Source of the DNA: Eubacteriales bacterium
GTDB taxonomy: Bacteria > Bacillota > Clostridia > Oscillospirales > CAG-382
Assembly: GCA_041672465.1 (NCBI GenBank)
Contig: JBAYZO010000005.1
Coordinates: 4,686 to 68,685 of the forward strand
Length of the DNA: 64,000 bases
Direction: 5' to 3'
The notes under the pieces are model-generated. The model was not told the DNA's origin and did no database searches. It worked only from the letters and a program-made list of their open reading frames with translations. The position numbers and the translations under genes were made by a program. Below, piece after piece: positions 1 to 10,430 of the stretch; the stretch's first letter is position 1; each line of letters starts with the position of its first letter.

Positions 1-16
1 TCACGGGAACGGCAGA

Positions 17-1640
<1,624 letters not shown>

Positions 1641-1673
1641 AACTCTTATCAAAGAAATATACCCGAATAAAAA

Positions 1674-1707
1674 CCGGCGCGTTTTTTACGCGCCGGATTT
1701 GTTTTGT
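1674..1707. terminator. Bidirectional intrinsic terminator between eno and ahcY
   Basis: 8-bp GC stem ccggcgcg/cgcgccgg with a 7-nt loop and T-runs on both strands. Confidence 0.7.
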
Positions 1708-1709
1708 GT

Positions 1710-2951
1710 TTAATTCTGCCAGCTGTTTAAATAATCGGCCTGCCCGGGGGTCAGGGAATCAATGCTTATCCCCCAAAAGCCAAGCTGCTTTTTCGCTACC
1801 GATATATCAATTTCCTCCGGCACTTCCAAAACGCCTTTTAGGGAACCGCCGTTTTTGACAAGATACGCCGCCGACAGCGCCTGAAGGGCAAAGGACATGT
1901 CCATAATCTCGGCGGGGTGTCCGTCGCCGCAGGCGAGGTTGACAAGCCTGCCCTCGCCAAGGAGGTACACGGTCCTGCCGTCGTCAAACTCATAGCCCGT
2001 TATGTTTTCCCGGGCGGTAAACGTTCTCTTAGCCATGGCGGCAAGCGATTTCACGTCCACCTCAACGTCAAAGTGCCCCGCGTTGCAAAGGATCGCCTTG
2101 TCTTTGATGTGTCGGAACGCCTCTTTTGAAATAACGTCGCGGCATCCAGTGACGGTGATAAAAAAGTCCCCGCGGCTCGCCGCCTTTGTCATTTCCATAA
2201 CCTCAAAGCCGTCCATGACCGCTTCTATCGCTTTTATGGGGTCGATCTCGGTGACAATAACCCTCGCACCGAGCCCTTTCGCCCTCATCGCCACGCCCTT
2301 GCCGCACCAGCCGTAACCGGCGACAACCACGGTTTTCCCGGCGACGATAAGGTTTGTCGTGCGGGTAATTCCGTCCCAGACCGACTGCCCCGTGCCGTAG
2401 CGGTTGTCAAACAGATATTTGCACTTGGCGTTGTTGACCAGCACCATGGGGAACTTCAGCTCCCCCGCCCTGTCCATCGCCTTCAGCCGGATAATCCCCG
2501 TGGTGGTTTCCTCGCAGCCGCCAATGACGTCCCCGAGCTTTTCCGGGTAGCCCATGTGGATAAGATTAACAAGGTCGCCGCCGTCGTCGATAATAATGTT
2601 CGGGCCGGCCTTTATAACGGAAGAGGTATGCCTTTCGTATTCCCCACGGGTCGCGCCGTGCCAAGCGAAGATGTTAAGCCCCTCGCGCGCAAGCGCCGCC
2701 GCTATGTCGTCCTGAGTGGAGAGCGGGTTGCTCCCCGTGACAAACATTTCGGCGCCGCCGCTCGCCAGAGTAAGACAAAGAAAAGCCGTCTTTGCCTCAA
2801 GGTGAACCGAAAGCGCGACTTTCTTGCCGCGGAAGGGTTTTTCTTTAATGAAATCCTCCCGAACGGCTGAAAGCAGGGGCATATGCCTTTTTACCCAGTC
2901 GATTTTTATTTTGCCTTTTTCCCATAGTTGGGCGTTTCGTATCTCGCTCAT
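1710..2951 (-). CDS. ahcY: Adenosylhomocysteinase (S-adenosyl-L-homocysteine hydrolase)
   Basis: KIDWVKRHMPLL, HLEAKTA and NAD-binding VAGYGWCGKG motifs with full-length similarity. The start is uncertain: ATG 2951 is preferred (GGAAGG upstream); alternatives are 2996 and 3008. Confidence 0.9.
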   Translation of the reverse strand: MSEIRNAQLWEKGKIKIDWVKRHMPLLSAVREDFIKEKPFRGKKVALSVHLEAKTAFLCLTLASGGAEMFVTGSNPLSTQDDIAAALAREGLNIFAWHGATRGEYERHTSSVIKAGPNIIIDDGGDLVNLIHMGYPEKLGDVIGGCEETTTGIIRLKAMDRAGELKFPMVLVNNAKCKYLFDNRYGTGQSVWDGITRTTNLIVAGKTVVVAGYGWCGKGVAMRAKGLGARVIVTEIDPIKAIEAVMDGFEVMEMTKAASRGDFFITVTGCRDVISKEAFRHIKDKAILCNAGHFDVEVDVKSLAAMAKRTFTARENITGYEFDDGRTVYLLGEGRLVNLACGDGHPAEIMDMSFALQALSAAYLVKNGGSLKGVLEVPEEIDISVAKKQLGFWGISIDSLTPGQADYLNSWQN

Positions 2952-3039
2952 TAAACATTGCCAGCCTTCCGGGTTTATTTTCGTCTGTGTTAACATTTGT
3001 TGTTTCACGCGCTTAGTATACAGTTAAACGCCCGAAAAG

Positions 3040-3558
3040 TCAACCAAACGTTTTGTTTAATTTGCGAATCTGAACCGAAAGCGGATAAATTAAGAGCCCG
3101 AAAGCGACGTTCCCCGCCGCGTGGATAAGGTCAAAATAAAATCCCGCCCCTATCCACAAAAGCGTGGTTTTTAAGTCATAGCCGAAAAAGAACGCCTGCG
3201 CGGGGGCGTAGAGCGCGCCGAAAGACAAGCCGAAAGCTCCGCAGACGACGGGGTAAACAATCATCGCCCACTTTTTGCCGAGTCCTTTCGGGATAAGCAT
3301 CGTCACCCCCCACAGAATTGCCCAAAGATATAAATAAGGCACCCACCATATGGCAAACCCATATGTCACGCCGGTCAAAAAGACATAAACATATATCGGC
3401 ACAAGAGCTTGAAACCGATAAACAACCGTCAAAAGCATGACAAACATACCAAGCATATGAATGTTTGGCAGCCACTGCGTCAGCAGGTACGACACATACA
3501 TGACTGCGCCGAACATCGCGAAGACGCAATATCTCGCCAGCTTTTTTTTATAAGTCAT
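3040..3558 (-). CDS. ECF-transporter S-component-like membrane protein (CbrT-like, putative cobalamin/corrinoid-specific)
   Basis: 172 aa and about 6 TM helices. Its ATGA start overlaps the stop of the DUF4430 gene. It lies downstream of a cobalamin riboswitch. Confidence 0.5.
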   Translation of the reverse strand: MTYKKKLARYCVFAMFGAVMYVSYLLTQWLPNIHMLGMFVMLLTVVYRFQALVPIYVYVFLTGVTYGFAIWWVPYLYLWAILWGVTMLIPKGLGKKWAMIVYPVVCGAFGLSFGALYAPAQAFFFGYDLKTTLLWIGAGFYFDLIHAAGNVAFGLLIYPLSVQIRKLNKTFG

Positions 3559-3962
3559 TTTGAGTATACAATCTTTATCACGTCGCCGTCCCGGATGACA
3601 AGGGTGTCCACCCCCTCCATGCACATCGCGTCGTTTTGGTAAAACGACCACCACGCGCCGTCAGTAGCGTAATCCGCCGTTATTCCGTCCACGGCTTTGA
3701 CAAAGTAGCCGTTTTTTGTCTCCTCGCCGGTAATCAGGTTGTTTTCAACAAGCGCGCCCTTTAGGATCGCGTGTTTTGTACTAATATTGTAATCCTTAGA
3801 TATGCCGTCCTCATAAACCACGGTAACGGTGATTTTTATGGGGTCGTCGTAAAACTCAAGCTTTTTTTCCGAACATGAGACAAACAGCCCCGAAACAAGA
3901 AACAGCGAGGCAAGGATAAGTAAAAATAATCTTTTTTTCATTTTGTAAAAACATCCTTTCAA
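3555..3962 (-). CDS. DUF4430-domain lipoprotein (transcobalamin-like putative corrinoid binder)
   Basis: Signal peptide with lipobox LFVSC. C-terminal GAWWSFYQND...IRDGDVIKIVYS resembles DUF4430. First gene after the cobalamin riboswitch. Confidence 0.6.
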   Translation of the reverse strand: MKGCFYKMKKRLFLLILASLFLVSGLFVSCSEKKLEFYDDPIKITVTVVYEDGISKDYNISTKHAILKGALVENNLITGEETKNGYFVKAVDGITADYATDGAWWSFYQNDAMCMEGVDTLVIRDGDVIKIVYSK

Positions 3963-3999
3963 AAATTAAATAATTAAAATTGCAAGTCTTTTCTTAAGA

Positions 4000-4347
4000 C
4001 ACAAAAACAGAAGCGCTTCCCGATAGGGAAGCGCGCGATAACAAATGCCGTAAAAAAATAGGCACCGAACGCCGCGCGCCCCCCGTTGCCCGGGGACGGC
4101 TGACATAGCGGCGCGGTAAGCATTCCGACTTAACCGTTTTTATAAAATACCCGCTGAAAAGTTTGATTTTCAGCTTTATTTTATATAACGCGGCTTACGG
4201 TAATGGCTGTTGCGGCGGATTTTCACCGCCATTTCCTTACCCCCGAAAGACTGCCTTAAGCAAAAGTGCCTGACAGCCGCCCGGTTCCGGGTTTTACCCC
4301 GGCGCGCAGCCCAAATTGTAAATACCATGGATCCTTTGGTATACCAT
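4000..4347 (-). promoter_or_regulatory. Cobalamin (B12) riboswitch with terminator expression platform
   Basis: The minus strand reads ...AGGGAAatggcGGTGAAAATCCgccGCAACAGCC..CCGTAAGCC..., then a B12-box-like AAGTCGGAATGCTTACCGCGCC. It ends in the hairpin gcgcttccc/gggaagcgc (4013-4034) followed by TTCTGTTTTTGTG. The boundaries are approximate. Confidence 0.6.
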
Positions 4348-4376
4348 ATAGTAGCACTTAAGCGGGGTTTTGTCAA
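4348..4376 (-). promoter_or_regulatory. Sigma-A-type promoter driving the riboswitch operon
   Basis: TTGACA, 17 nt, TACTAT on the minus strand. Confidence 0.5.
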
Positions 4377-4438
4377 CCGCCTTTTACCGCTTTTTTTGCG
4401 CTTTTGGCAGTTAAAAGACGATGTTTTTGCCCTTTATA

Positions 4439-4467
4439 TTGTATTTAATAAAAAAACATGCTACAAT
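4439..4467 (+). promoter_or_regulatory. Sigma-A-type promoter for the histidine kinase gene
   Basis: TTGTAT, 17 nt, TACAAT with a TGc extended -10. Confidence 0.45.
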
Positions 4468-4548
4468 CTCATCGCGAGGCTGTTTTAGCCCCGTTCTGAA
4501 GTTCAAGCAAGCTTTAGTTATTTTTCTTTCTTAAGGAAGTTACGCGAT

Positions 4549-5796
4549 ATGATAAAAAAGCTTAAAATTAAGTTTACCATAATTATAATGGCGCTGTTCA
4601 CCACCCTTTTGGCGGGGATACTGGCTTTTTTCTATTTTCAGACCAAATCAAACCTCTATAACGACAGCCTCGCCGCGATGAAAGATTATATGTCAAAACC
4701 CCCGTATCTTGTCTTCGGCAATCCGTTTGAGCGTTTTTTCGGTGAGGAAAACAATTTAAATAAAAACGCCGCCGACGCGTTCGCGGTCGAGTATTTTTCC
4801 TACTCAAAAATTATCGTCCCCTACGGCTTTGGGGATTCAATCACAGACGAACAAAAAGATTATATTTTTTCAATAGTGAGAACCACCCTTGACGCGAAAA
4901 GTAATACCGGGGTTATCGGCGGCTTTGGGCTGAGGTATTTAAAACAGCCCTTTAACGGAGGGGTTAAAATTGTTTTTCTTGACAAGTCCTATGAGGACAG
5001 CGTGCTGGACAGCCTTGGGGTGACAATACTAATAATCGGCGCGGGTGGGTTTATTTTATTTTTACTCGCGTCGCTTGTCATAACGAAAATCGCCGTCCGC
5101 CCCGCTGAGCGGTCATGGAAACAGCAAAAACAACTGGTGGCGGACATTTCCCACGAGCTTAAAACCCCGCTGACTATAATAAGCGCCAACGCCGATATAA
5201 TCGCCTCCCGCCCGAACGCCGCTTCGGAGGAAACAGCAAAGTGGCTTTCTTATATAAAAAGCGAGACCGAACGCATGGGGTCGCTTATCTCAAGCCTGCT
5301 TTACCTTGAAAAGTCGCGCAAAGAGTCGGGCGCGGATGAAAAAACTTATCTAAACCTAAGCGAGCTTGCCGTGGGCGCCTGCCTGCCTTTTGAGAGCGTG
5401 TGCTTTGAAAAAGGGCTTACCCTTTCGGTGAGCGTAAAACCCGATATCTTCCTCACCGCCGACGCCGGGCTAATAACCCGCCTTATCGGGATTCTGCTTG
5501 ACAACGCGGTGAAATATTCGGTACCCGGGGGAAAAGTCAGCTTCGCGCTGCAAAAAACCCCCGATAAAATAATAATGGCGGTTAATAATAAAGGGGAGGT
5601 AATACCCCCCGAGCGTATCCGGCATTTATTTGAGCGGTTTTACCGCGGCGACGAGTCACGCTCCCGCGAGGAGGGCGGCTTTGGGCTCGGGCTTGCCATC
5701 GCGAAAGAAATCGCCGAGTCCCACTCCGGGAAAATCGCCGTAAAAAGCGACAAATCCGAGGGCACCACGTTTATATGTTCCTTTAAGCCGTCATAA
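4549..5796 (+). CDS. Sensor histidine kinase (two TM helices, HisKA and HATPase_c domains)
   Basis: H-box ADISHELKTPLT, N-box LLDNAVKYS, and G-boxes FERFYRGD and GGFGLGLAIAKEI. No response regulator is adjacent. Confidence 0.85.
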   Translation: MIKKLKIKFTIIIMALFTTLLAGILAFFYFQTKSNLYNDSLAAMKDYMSKPPYLVFGNPFERFFGEENNLNKNAADAFAVEYFSYSKIIVPYGFGDSITDEQKDYIFSIVRTTLDAKSNTGVIGGFGLRYLKQPFNGGVKIVFLDKSYEDSVLDSLGVTILIIGAGGFILFLLASLVITKIAVRPAERSWKQQKQLVADISHELKTPLTIISANADIIASRPNAASEETAKWLSYIKSETERMGSLISSLLYLEKSRKESGADEKTYLNLSELAVGACLPFESVCFEKGLTLSVSVKPDIFLTADAGLITRLIGILLDNAVKYSVPGGKVSFALQKTPDKIIMAVNNKGEVIPPERIRHLFERFYRGDESRSREEGGFGLGLAIAKEIAESHSGKIAVKSDKSEGTTFICSFKPS

Positions 5797-6561
5797 CTCC
5801 CCGCGGATTTTCTCAAGCGCGGTTTTTTCAAGCCTTGAAACCTGCGCCTGTGAAATGCCTATTTCCGACGACACCTCGGTTTGGGTTTTTCCGCTGTAAA
5901 ACCTAAGCTTTAATATTTTCTTTTCCCGATCGGTGAGTTTTTTTATTGCCTCCGCCACCGCTATGGTCGTTATCCAGTTTTCGTCCGTGTTGTTCTTGTC
6001 GCTTATCTGGTCCATTACGTAAAGGCTGTCGCCGTTTTCTGAATAAATCGGCTCGTAGAGCGAAATCGGCTCCATTATCGCGTCAAGCGCCGAAGTGACT
6101 TCCTTTTGCGTCAGCCCGAGGGACGACGATATTTCCCCCGGCGTGGGCTCGCGGGAGAGTGACTTTGAAAGCCTGTCCTTTGCCTGAAGCGCCTTGTACG
6201 CCGTGTCTCTTATCGACCTTGAAACCCTGATATGGTTGTCGTCGCGGAGATACCTCCGCAGCTCTCCGATTATCATGGGGACGGCGTAGGTGGAAAACTT
6301 TACTTCCTGCGCCAAATCAAAGTTATCCACCGCTTTTATAAGCCCAATGCACCCCACCTGAAACAAGTCGTCGGGGCAGGCTCCCCTTTGGGTAAAAGAT
6401 TGCAGCACGCTCAGCACCAGCTTGAGGTTTGAGTTAATAAGCTTTTCCCGCGCCTTTTTGTCGCCGTCCCTTGTTCTTTTTAAAAGCTCTCTTTTTTCTT
6501 CTTCGGATATCGTTACTAACTTTGAGGTGTTCACCCCGCAGATTTCCACTTTGTTATACAT
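5791..6561 (-). CDS. sigG: Sporulation sigma factor SigG
   Basis: MYNKVEICGVNTSKL..., DLFQVGCIGLIKAVDNFD, KFSTYAVPMIIGELRRYLRD and GISQAQVSRLEK closely match my recollection of B. subtilis SigG. The start is uncertain (6561, or 6567/6576/6588) and the RBS is poor. Confidence 0.85.
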   Translation of the reverse strand: MYNKVEICGVNTSKLVTISEEEKRELLKRTRDGDKKAREKLINSNLKLVLSVLQSFTQRGACPDDLFQVGCIGLIKAVDNFDLAQEVKFSTYAVPMIIGELRRYLRDDNHIRVSRSIRDTAYKALQAKDRLSKSLSREPTPGEISSSLGLTQKEVTSALDAIMEPISLYEPIYSENGDSLYVMDQISDKNNTDENWITTIAVAEAIKKLTDREKKILKLRFYSGKTQTEVSSEIGISQAQVSRLEKTALEKIRGEL

Positions 6562-6656
6562 AATCAAAATAACCATGCCTTTCGTCACTGCCGACTAAAG
6601 TGTTTGACGGCGAAATTCCATTTTGGCATTAGCCGTAAAGAAAAGCCTTTACTTAA

Positions 6657-6686
6657 AGTTTTCCCAATGTAGGCGGGGTAAATACC
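6657..6686 (-). promoter_or_regulatory. Possible forespore (sigma-F/G-type) promoter upstream of sigG
   Basis: The minus strand reads GTATT, 15 nt, GGGAAAACTT, which resembles the sigma-F consensus (GYATA, N15, GGnnAnAHTR). Pattern match only. Confidence 0.3.
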
Positions 6687-6763
6687 TGTTTTGGATCGGT
6701 TTTAAAAAAGATACATTTTTATTATATTTATTATACAGTTAAACAAAAAAAGGCGGTTTTGTC

Positions 6764-6997
6764 ATGCGCTACTCGGTTGAAAAAACAGAAGAAGATATCG
6801 TCACCCTTTACGGCGACGACGACAGCGTTTTGCATATCAAAGCGCAAGTTCTGGGCTTTGAGGTTTTCCCCGGGGATATTTTAATTCTGTATGAAGAAAA
6901 CGGAGAAAACAGATTTGTAAAGGACAAAGAGGAGAGCGAAAAGAGAAAGAAAACCAATATAAAGCGCCTAAACGACCTTTTTAAAAGAAAGACCTAA
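6764..6997 (+). CDS. Small DUF3006-like protein
   Basis: 77 aa. An N-terminal beta-rich segment is followed by a K/E-rich tail (EESEKRKKTNIKRLNDLFKRK), which is typical of DUF3006. Confidence 0.45.
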   Translation: MRYSVEKTEEDIVTLYGDDDSVLHIKAQVLGFEVFPGDILILYEENGENRFVKDKEESEKRKKTNIKRLNDLFKRKT

Positions 6998-7023
6998 ACT
7001 TTAAATTAAAATTTGTTTTATTT

Positions 7024-7644
7024 TTAACTTCTGATTTTGATCCTCGCCTCAATATCTTTTTTATTTTTGGATATCCCGCCGCTTATAAGGGTTATAAAAT
7101 ATGTCTCCGACATTATGTCAACGCGGTCGCGCCACATTCCGTCAAGCGCGGAAAGCAGGAAAAAAACCTCGTTTTTAAAGCTTTCCCTGTCTTTTGTCTC
7201 GACGGTTATTTTTATTTGCGATATAGAGCATCTCGCCTCGCCGATAAAACCCGAAACATCGTAGACCGTGACCAAAACCTCCTCGGGGAAAACCCCGCAG
7301 GACTTCAGCGCGGCTATCACCCTCCCCCGCGAAAGGTGGGTTGAAACGGCGACGAGGTCGTTTTTATAGCAATCGGTGAAGGTGTTGTCGGACGGGTTAT
7401 ACACAAAAACCCCCTCGTTTCCCCCCTCGTCGATAAGCTTTGCTTTGTAAAGGGACGCCCTGCGGTCAAAAACAACCCCCGTTATTTTCATTTTCCCGCC
7501 ATACTCTAAACTGTTCAGCCTTTTTGCCGATTTTAAGGTTAAAATAGCGTCAAAAGGGTTGCCGGTCACGCAGAAAACAATGGCGAGAACGCAAGACATC
7601 AGCGCTAAAGCATAGGTTAGTTTTATTGTTTTTAATGTTTTCAC
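7024..7644 (-). CDS. Hypothetical membrane-anchored protein
   Basis: 206-aa ORF with an N-terminal TM helix. No motif recognised. Confidence 0.4.
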   Translation of the reverse strand: MKTLKTIKLTYALALMSCVLAIVFCVTGNPFDAILTLKSAKRLNSLEYGGKMKITGVVFDRRASLYKAKLIDEGGNEGVFVYNPSDNTFTDCYKNDLVAVSTHLSRGRVIAALKSCGVFPEEVLVTVYDVSGFIGEARCSISQIKITVETKDRESFKNEVFFLLSALDGMWRDRVDIMSETYFITLISGGISKNKKDIEARIKIRS

Positions 7645-7710
7645 TTTACCACCCGCGCTTATATTATTTCAAAACTTCGCGGCATATAATCATAAACGGG
7701 GTGAATTGGC

Positions 7711-8316
7711 TTGAGGAAAAAAAAGCTAAAGGTTTTTTTAGCGGTTTTTTTGGTCTGCGCGCTTGCTTGCGCCATTGCGATGGCTATAAACTTTGAATCC
7801 GCGGCTGACAAATACGCCGGATACGAAATAAAAAATACCCTTATTCAGGGTATTAATAATATTTATTACAGCCAAACCCGCCTTAATTACGAAAACCTCA
7901 AAGGCGCGGTCGAAATCAGCCGAAACAGCGGGGGAAAAATAACCTCAATTTCGGTCGACAGCGTTTTTTTAAATCTGTTTGCCTCCGAAACCGTAACGAG
8001 GGTGATTTTGTTTTTGGAAAGCTCGTCTTCATCGTTCGGGCTGCCGCTGGGGAATATCACCTCGATCAAGCTGCTTTCCGGGTTGGGCCCGAAAATAAGG
8101 CTGAAAGTAGTGCTTCAAGGCAACGTGGCGGGGGGGATAACGAGCAGTTTTCACGAGGCGGGGATAAACCAAACGCTTCACCGGCTGACTTTTGAGATAA
8201 AAGCCCTTGTCAGCGCCATGACCCCGTTCGGCTCGCGCGAGAGCGAAATAAACGTTTCTTTTATTATAAGCGAAACGGTGATAGTGGGGGATATCCCAAA
8301 CGTGTATTTTAAATAA
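7711..8316 (+). CDS. yunB: Sporulation protein YunB-like
   Basis: TTG start, N-terminal TM helix, then GLGPKIRLKVVLQGNV...HEAGINQTLHRL...IISETVIVGDIPNVYF, which resembles the YunB family. Confidence 0.55.
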   Translation: MRKKKLKVFLAVFLVCALACAIAMAINFESAADKYAGYEIKNTLIQGINNIYYSQTRLNYENLKGAVEISRNSGGKITSISVDSVFLNLFASETVTRVILFLESSSSSFGLPLGNITSIKLLSGLGPKIRLKVVLQGNVAGGITSSFHEAGINQTLHRLTFEIKALVSAMTPFGSRESEINVSFIISETVIVGDIPNVYFK

Positions 8317-8325
8317 GCAGGCATA

Positions 8326-9102
8326 TTATCCCGGCGTTTCGGCTTTTAAAAGTTTTTCAGATATCGCGTAGATGAGAATCGACGAGGCGGAAAACGCGGA
8401 AAGCGAAAACTCCCCCCGCAAGCAGTCGATTTTAACCAGCGAATCGGCGTTTTCAATAAGCGATTTTTTAATTCCCCGTCTTTCTCCGCCTATGACAAGA
8501 CAAAGCGGGGGCGATGGGTTAAAATGTCTAAGGCTTTGCGCGCGCCCGCCGCTTGAAGTGCAGACAAGCGAAACTCCCTTTGCCTTTAAGCCCTCCGCAA
8601 ACATTTCGCCGGAATTATAAAGAGCGATATTTAAAAACTCAAACGCCCCCGCCGAGGAGCGAACCATAACGCTCTCCCCGTTTGAAAAATCCCTTTCGGG
8701 CATAATCACCCCGTCACAGCCAAAGGCGTGGGCTGTTCTAAGCAAATACCCAAGGTTATACGGGTCCTCAACGCCGTCAACGGCGAGATAAAAGCCCTTT
8801 TTACCCCCCTGCTCAAGCAATTCGTCTATGGTGATAAACTTCTTTTCCCCCACTGTCGCGGCTACCCCGCCGGGGGTTTTTGTAAGCGAGAAAAAATCCT
8901 CGGCGGAAAGGTAAATCAATTCAATTTTATTTTCATTCGCGAAGCGAGTTAAAAACTCATACTGCTTTTTTTCGGCATAATGATATGAGGAAGAACAAAT
9001 TCTGTTCTTCCTTTCGATATCAAAAAATATTTGTTTGACTTCCCGGCTCTTTGCCTTTATAACAGACGAAACCGAGATATACCCGCTAATCAGAAGATCC
9101 AT
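8326..9102 (-). CDS. TrmH/SpoU-family RNA 2'-O-methyltransferase (RlmB-like)
   Basis: SpoU methylase pattern: DGVEDPYNLGYLLRTAHAFG and LVIGGERRGI. Confidence 0.7.
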   Translation of the reverse strand: MDLLISGYISVSSVIKAKSREVKQIFFDIERKNRICSSSYHYAEKKQYEFLTRFANENKIELIYLSAEDFFSLTKTPGGVAATVGEKKFITIDELLEQGGKKGFYLAVDGVEDPYNLGYLLRTAHAFGCDGVIMPERDFSNGESVMVRSSAGAFEFLNIALYNSGEMFAEGLKAKGVSLVCTSSGGRAQSLRHFNPSPPLCLVIGGERRGIKKSLIENADSLVKIDCLRGEFSLSAFSASSILIYAISEKLLKAETPG

Positions 9103-9122
9103 AAAAAACCCCTGCCGCGCCG

Positions 9123-10373
9123 TTATTTTTCAATCCCCGCCAGAACGTTCAGCGACTCGTTTATTGTTCGGGCGGCGGTGGTGTTATAGTTTATGACTAT
9201 AATATCTTCATATTGCCCCGACGATAACAGATCAAGTATGCTCTCGGTACAGAGCGTCGAGTTAATATAAGTGATTTTTTTGTAGTGGGGCACCAGCAGG
9301 GTGACAAACGGCGCGCCCGAGCTGTCGCCGATGACAAGGGCGTTCTTCCCCGTGGCGGCGCTTGTAGTCACTTCGATTTTCGCGGCCTCGTCGCTTAAAA
9401 AGCAGTAGTATCCATATGATGGAACGTCAAAAAACACAACGCCGTCCTTTTTATGCACCCCGCCCGGTTTATGGACGCTTGTCGTCGATTTATACACCTC
9501 GTCAACGTCATAGTAATAAACAATATCGGGGTTGTCAAACAGCATCTCCGCGCCGGTAGCGGTGAAAAACTTGCCGTAAAACACGTAGTCTATTGTCATC
9601 GGGGTGTAGAAGCTTTCCGAAACGGCTGTCAGCCCCGCCGCCTTGCAGTACTCCGCGTATGCGGCGTACGCTCCCAAATGGGTGTAGTTCGGGTCGGTGT
9701 TAAAATAAATATATTCCCCGTTCTCGTTCTTTTCTTTAAAAACGTCGTACACATCTATATTTTTTACGCCGCCGTCCGTTTTCCCGAACACTCCGTTCAT
9801 AAACGACCGCTGATTCGCGACATAAAACTCTTTTCTTATATCAAGGGGAAAATTAATAAATTCGCACCTTGTGGGTATGAGGATATGATAAAAATTCGAG
9901 CTGCCGCTCACCGAATAAAGCGTGTCGACGGCGTTCGCGTATTTGTCAAGCGTGCCCGACGAGTAGGTGAACTGCTCAAGGCCGATCCCGTAGTAAAGAT
10001 ATGTGTAGCCTAAGTTGTTTATAACCCAGCCGTGTTCGGTGATTTCCTCGCTTGACGGCTCGGAAGGCTCCTCGCTTACGGTGTCGGAAGAAACCCCCGG
10101 TTCAGCCGAAGAGGGTTGGTCTTCCGAGACAGGCTGTGACAAAGGGCGGGAACTGTCTTCGGTCTCGGACGAGCTTTGGCCGCCCGAGACGTCCCCGGAA
10201 TGGGTGGGCTGTGAGCTGCTGTTGTCACCGTTCGGCAAGCCCTTGCCCCTTAGCGCAAAGGCGTAGAGAGACGCTAAGACGGCAAGCACGATAAAAAGCG
10301 AAACCGCCGCGAAAACGTTTCGTGACTTATTGTCGCTTTTATTTACGCCGAAAAGGTTGTTATTGCTTTCCAT
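9123..10373 (-). CDS. DHHW-family-like (AlgX/AlgJ SGNH-like) membrane-anchored protein with a degenerate motif
   Basis: N-terminal TM helix, an S/E/P-rich linker, then YFNTDPNYTHLGAYAAY where family members carry ...TDHHWT..GAY. Confidence 0.45.
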   Translation of the reverse strand: MESNNNLFGVNKSDNKSRNVFAAVSLFIVLAVLASLYAFALRGKGLPNGDNSSSQPTHSGDVSGGQSSSETEDSSRPLSQPVSEDQPSSAEPGVSSDTVSEEPSEPSSEEITEHGWVINNLGYTYLYYGIGLEQFTYSSGTLDKYANAVDTLYSVSGSSNFYHILIPTRCEFINFPLDIRKEFYVANQRSFMNGVFGKTDGGVKNIDVYDVFKEKNENGEYIYFNTDPNYTHLGAYAAYAEYCKAAGLTAVSESFYTPMTIDYVFYGKFFTATGAEMLFDNPDIVYYYDVDEVYKSTTSVHKPGGVHKKDGVVFFDVPSYGYYCFLSDEAAKIEVTTSAATGKNALVIGDSSGAPFVTLLVPHYKKITYINSTLCTESILDLLSSGQYEDIIVINYNTTAARTINESLNVLAGIEK

Positions 10374-10430
10374 TTGACTGATATGCCCTCCTTTTTAGAG
10401 CGGCTAAACTGTTGAAAAGCCGTTTTTGTT

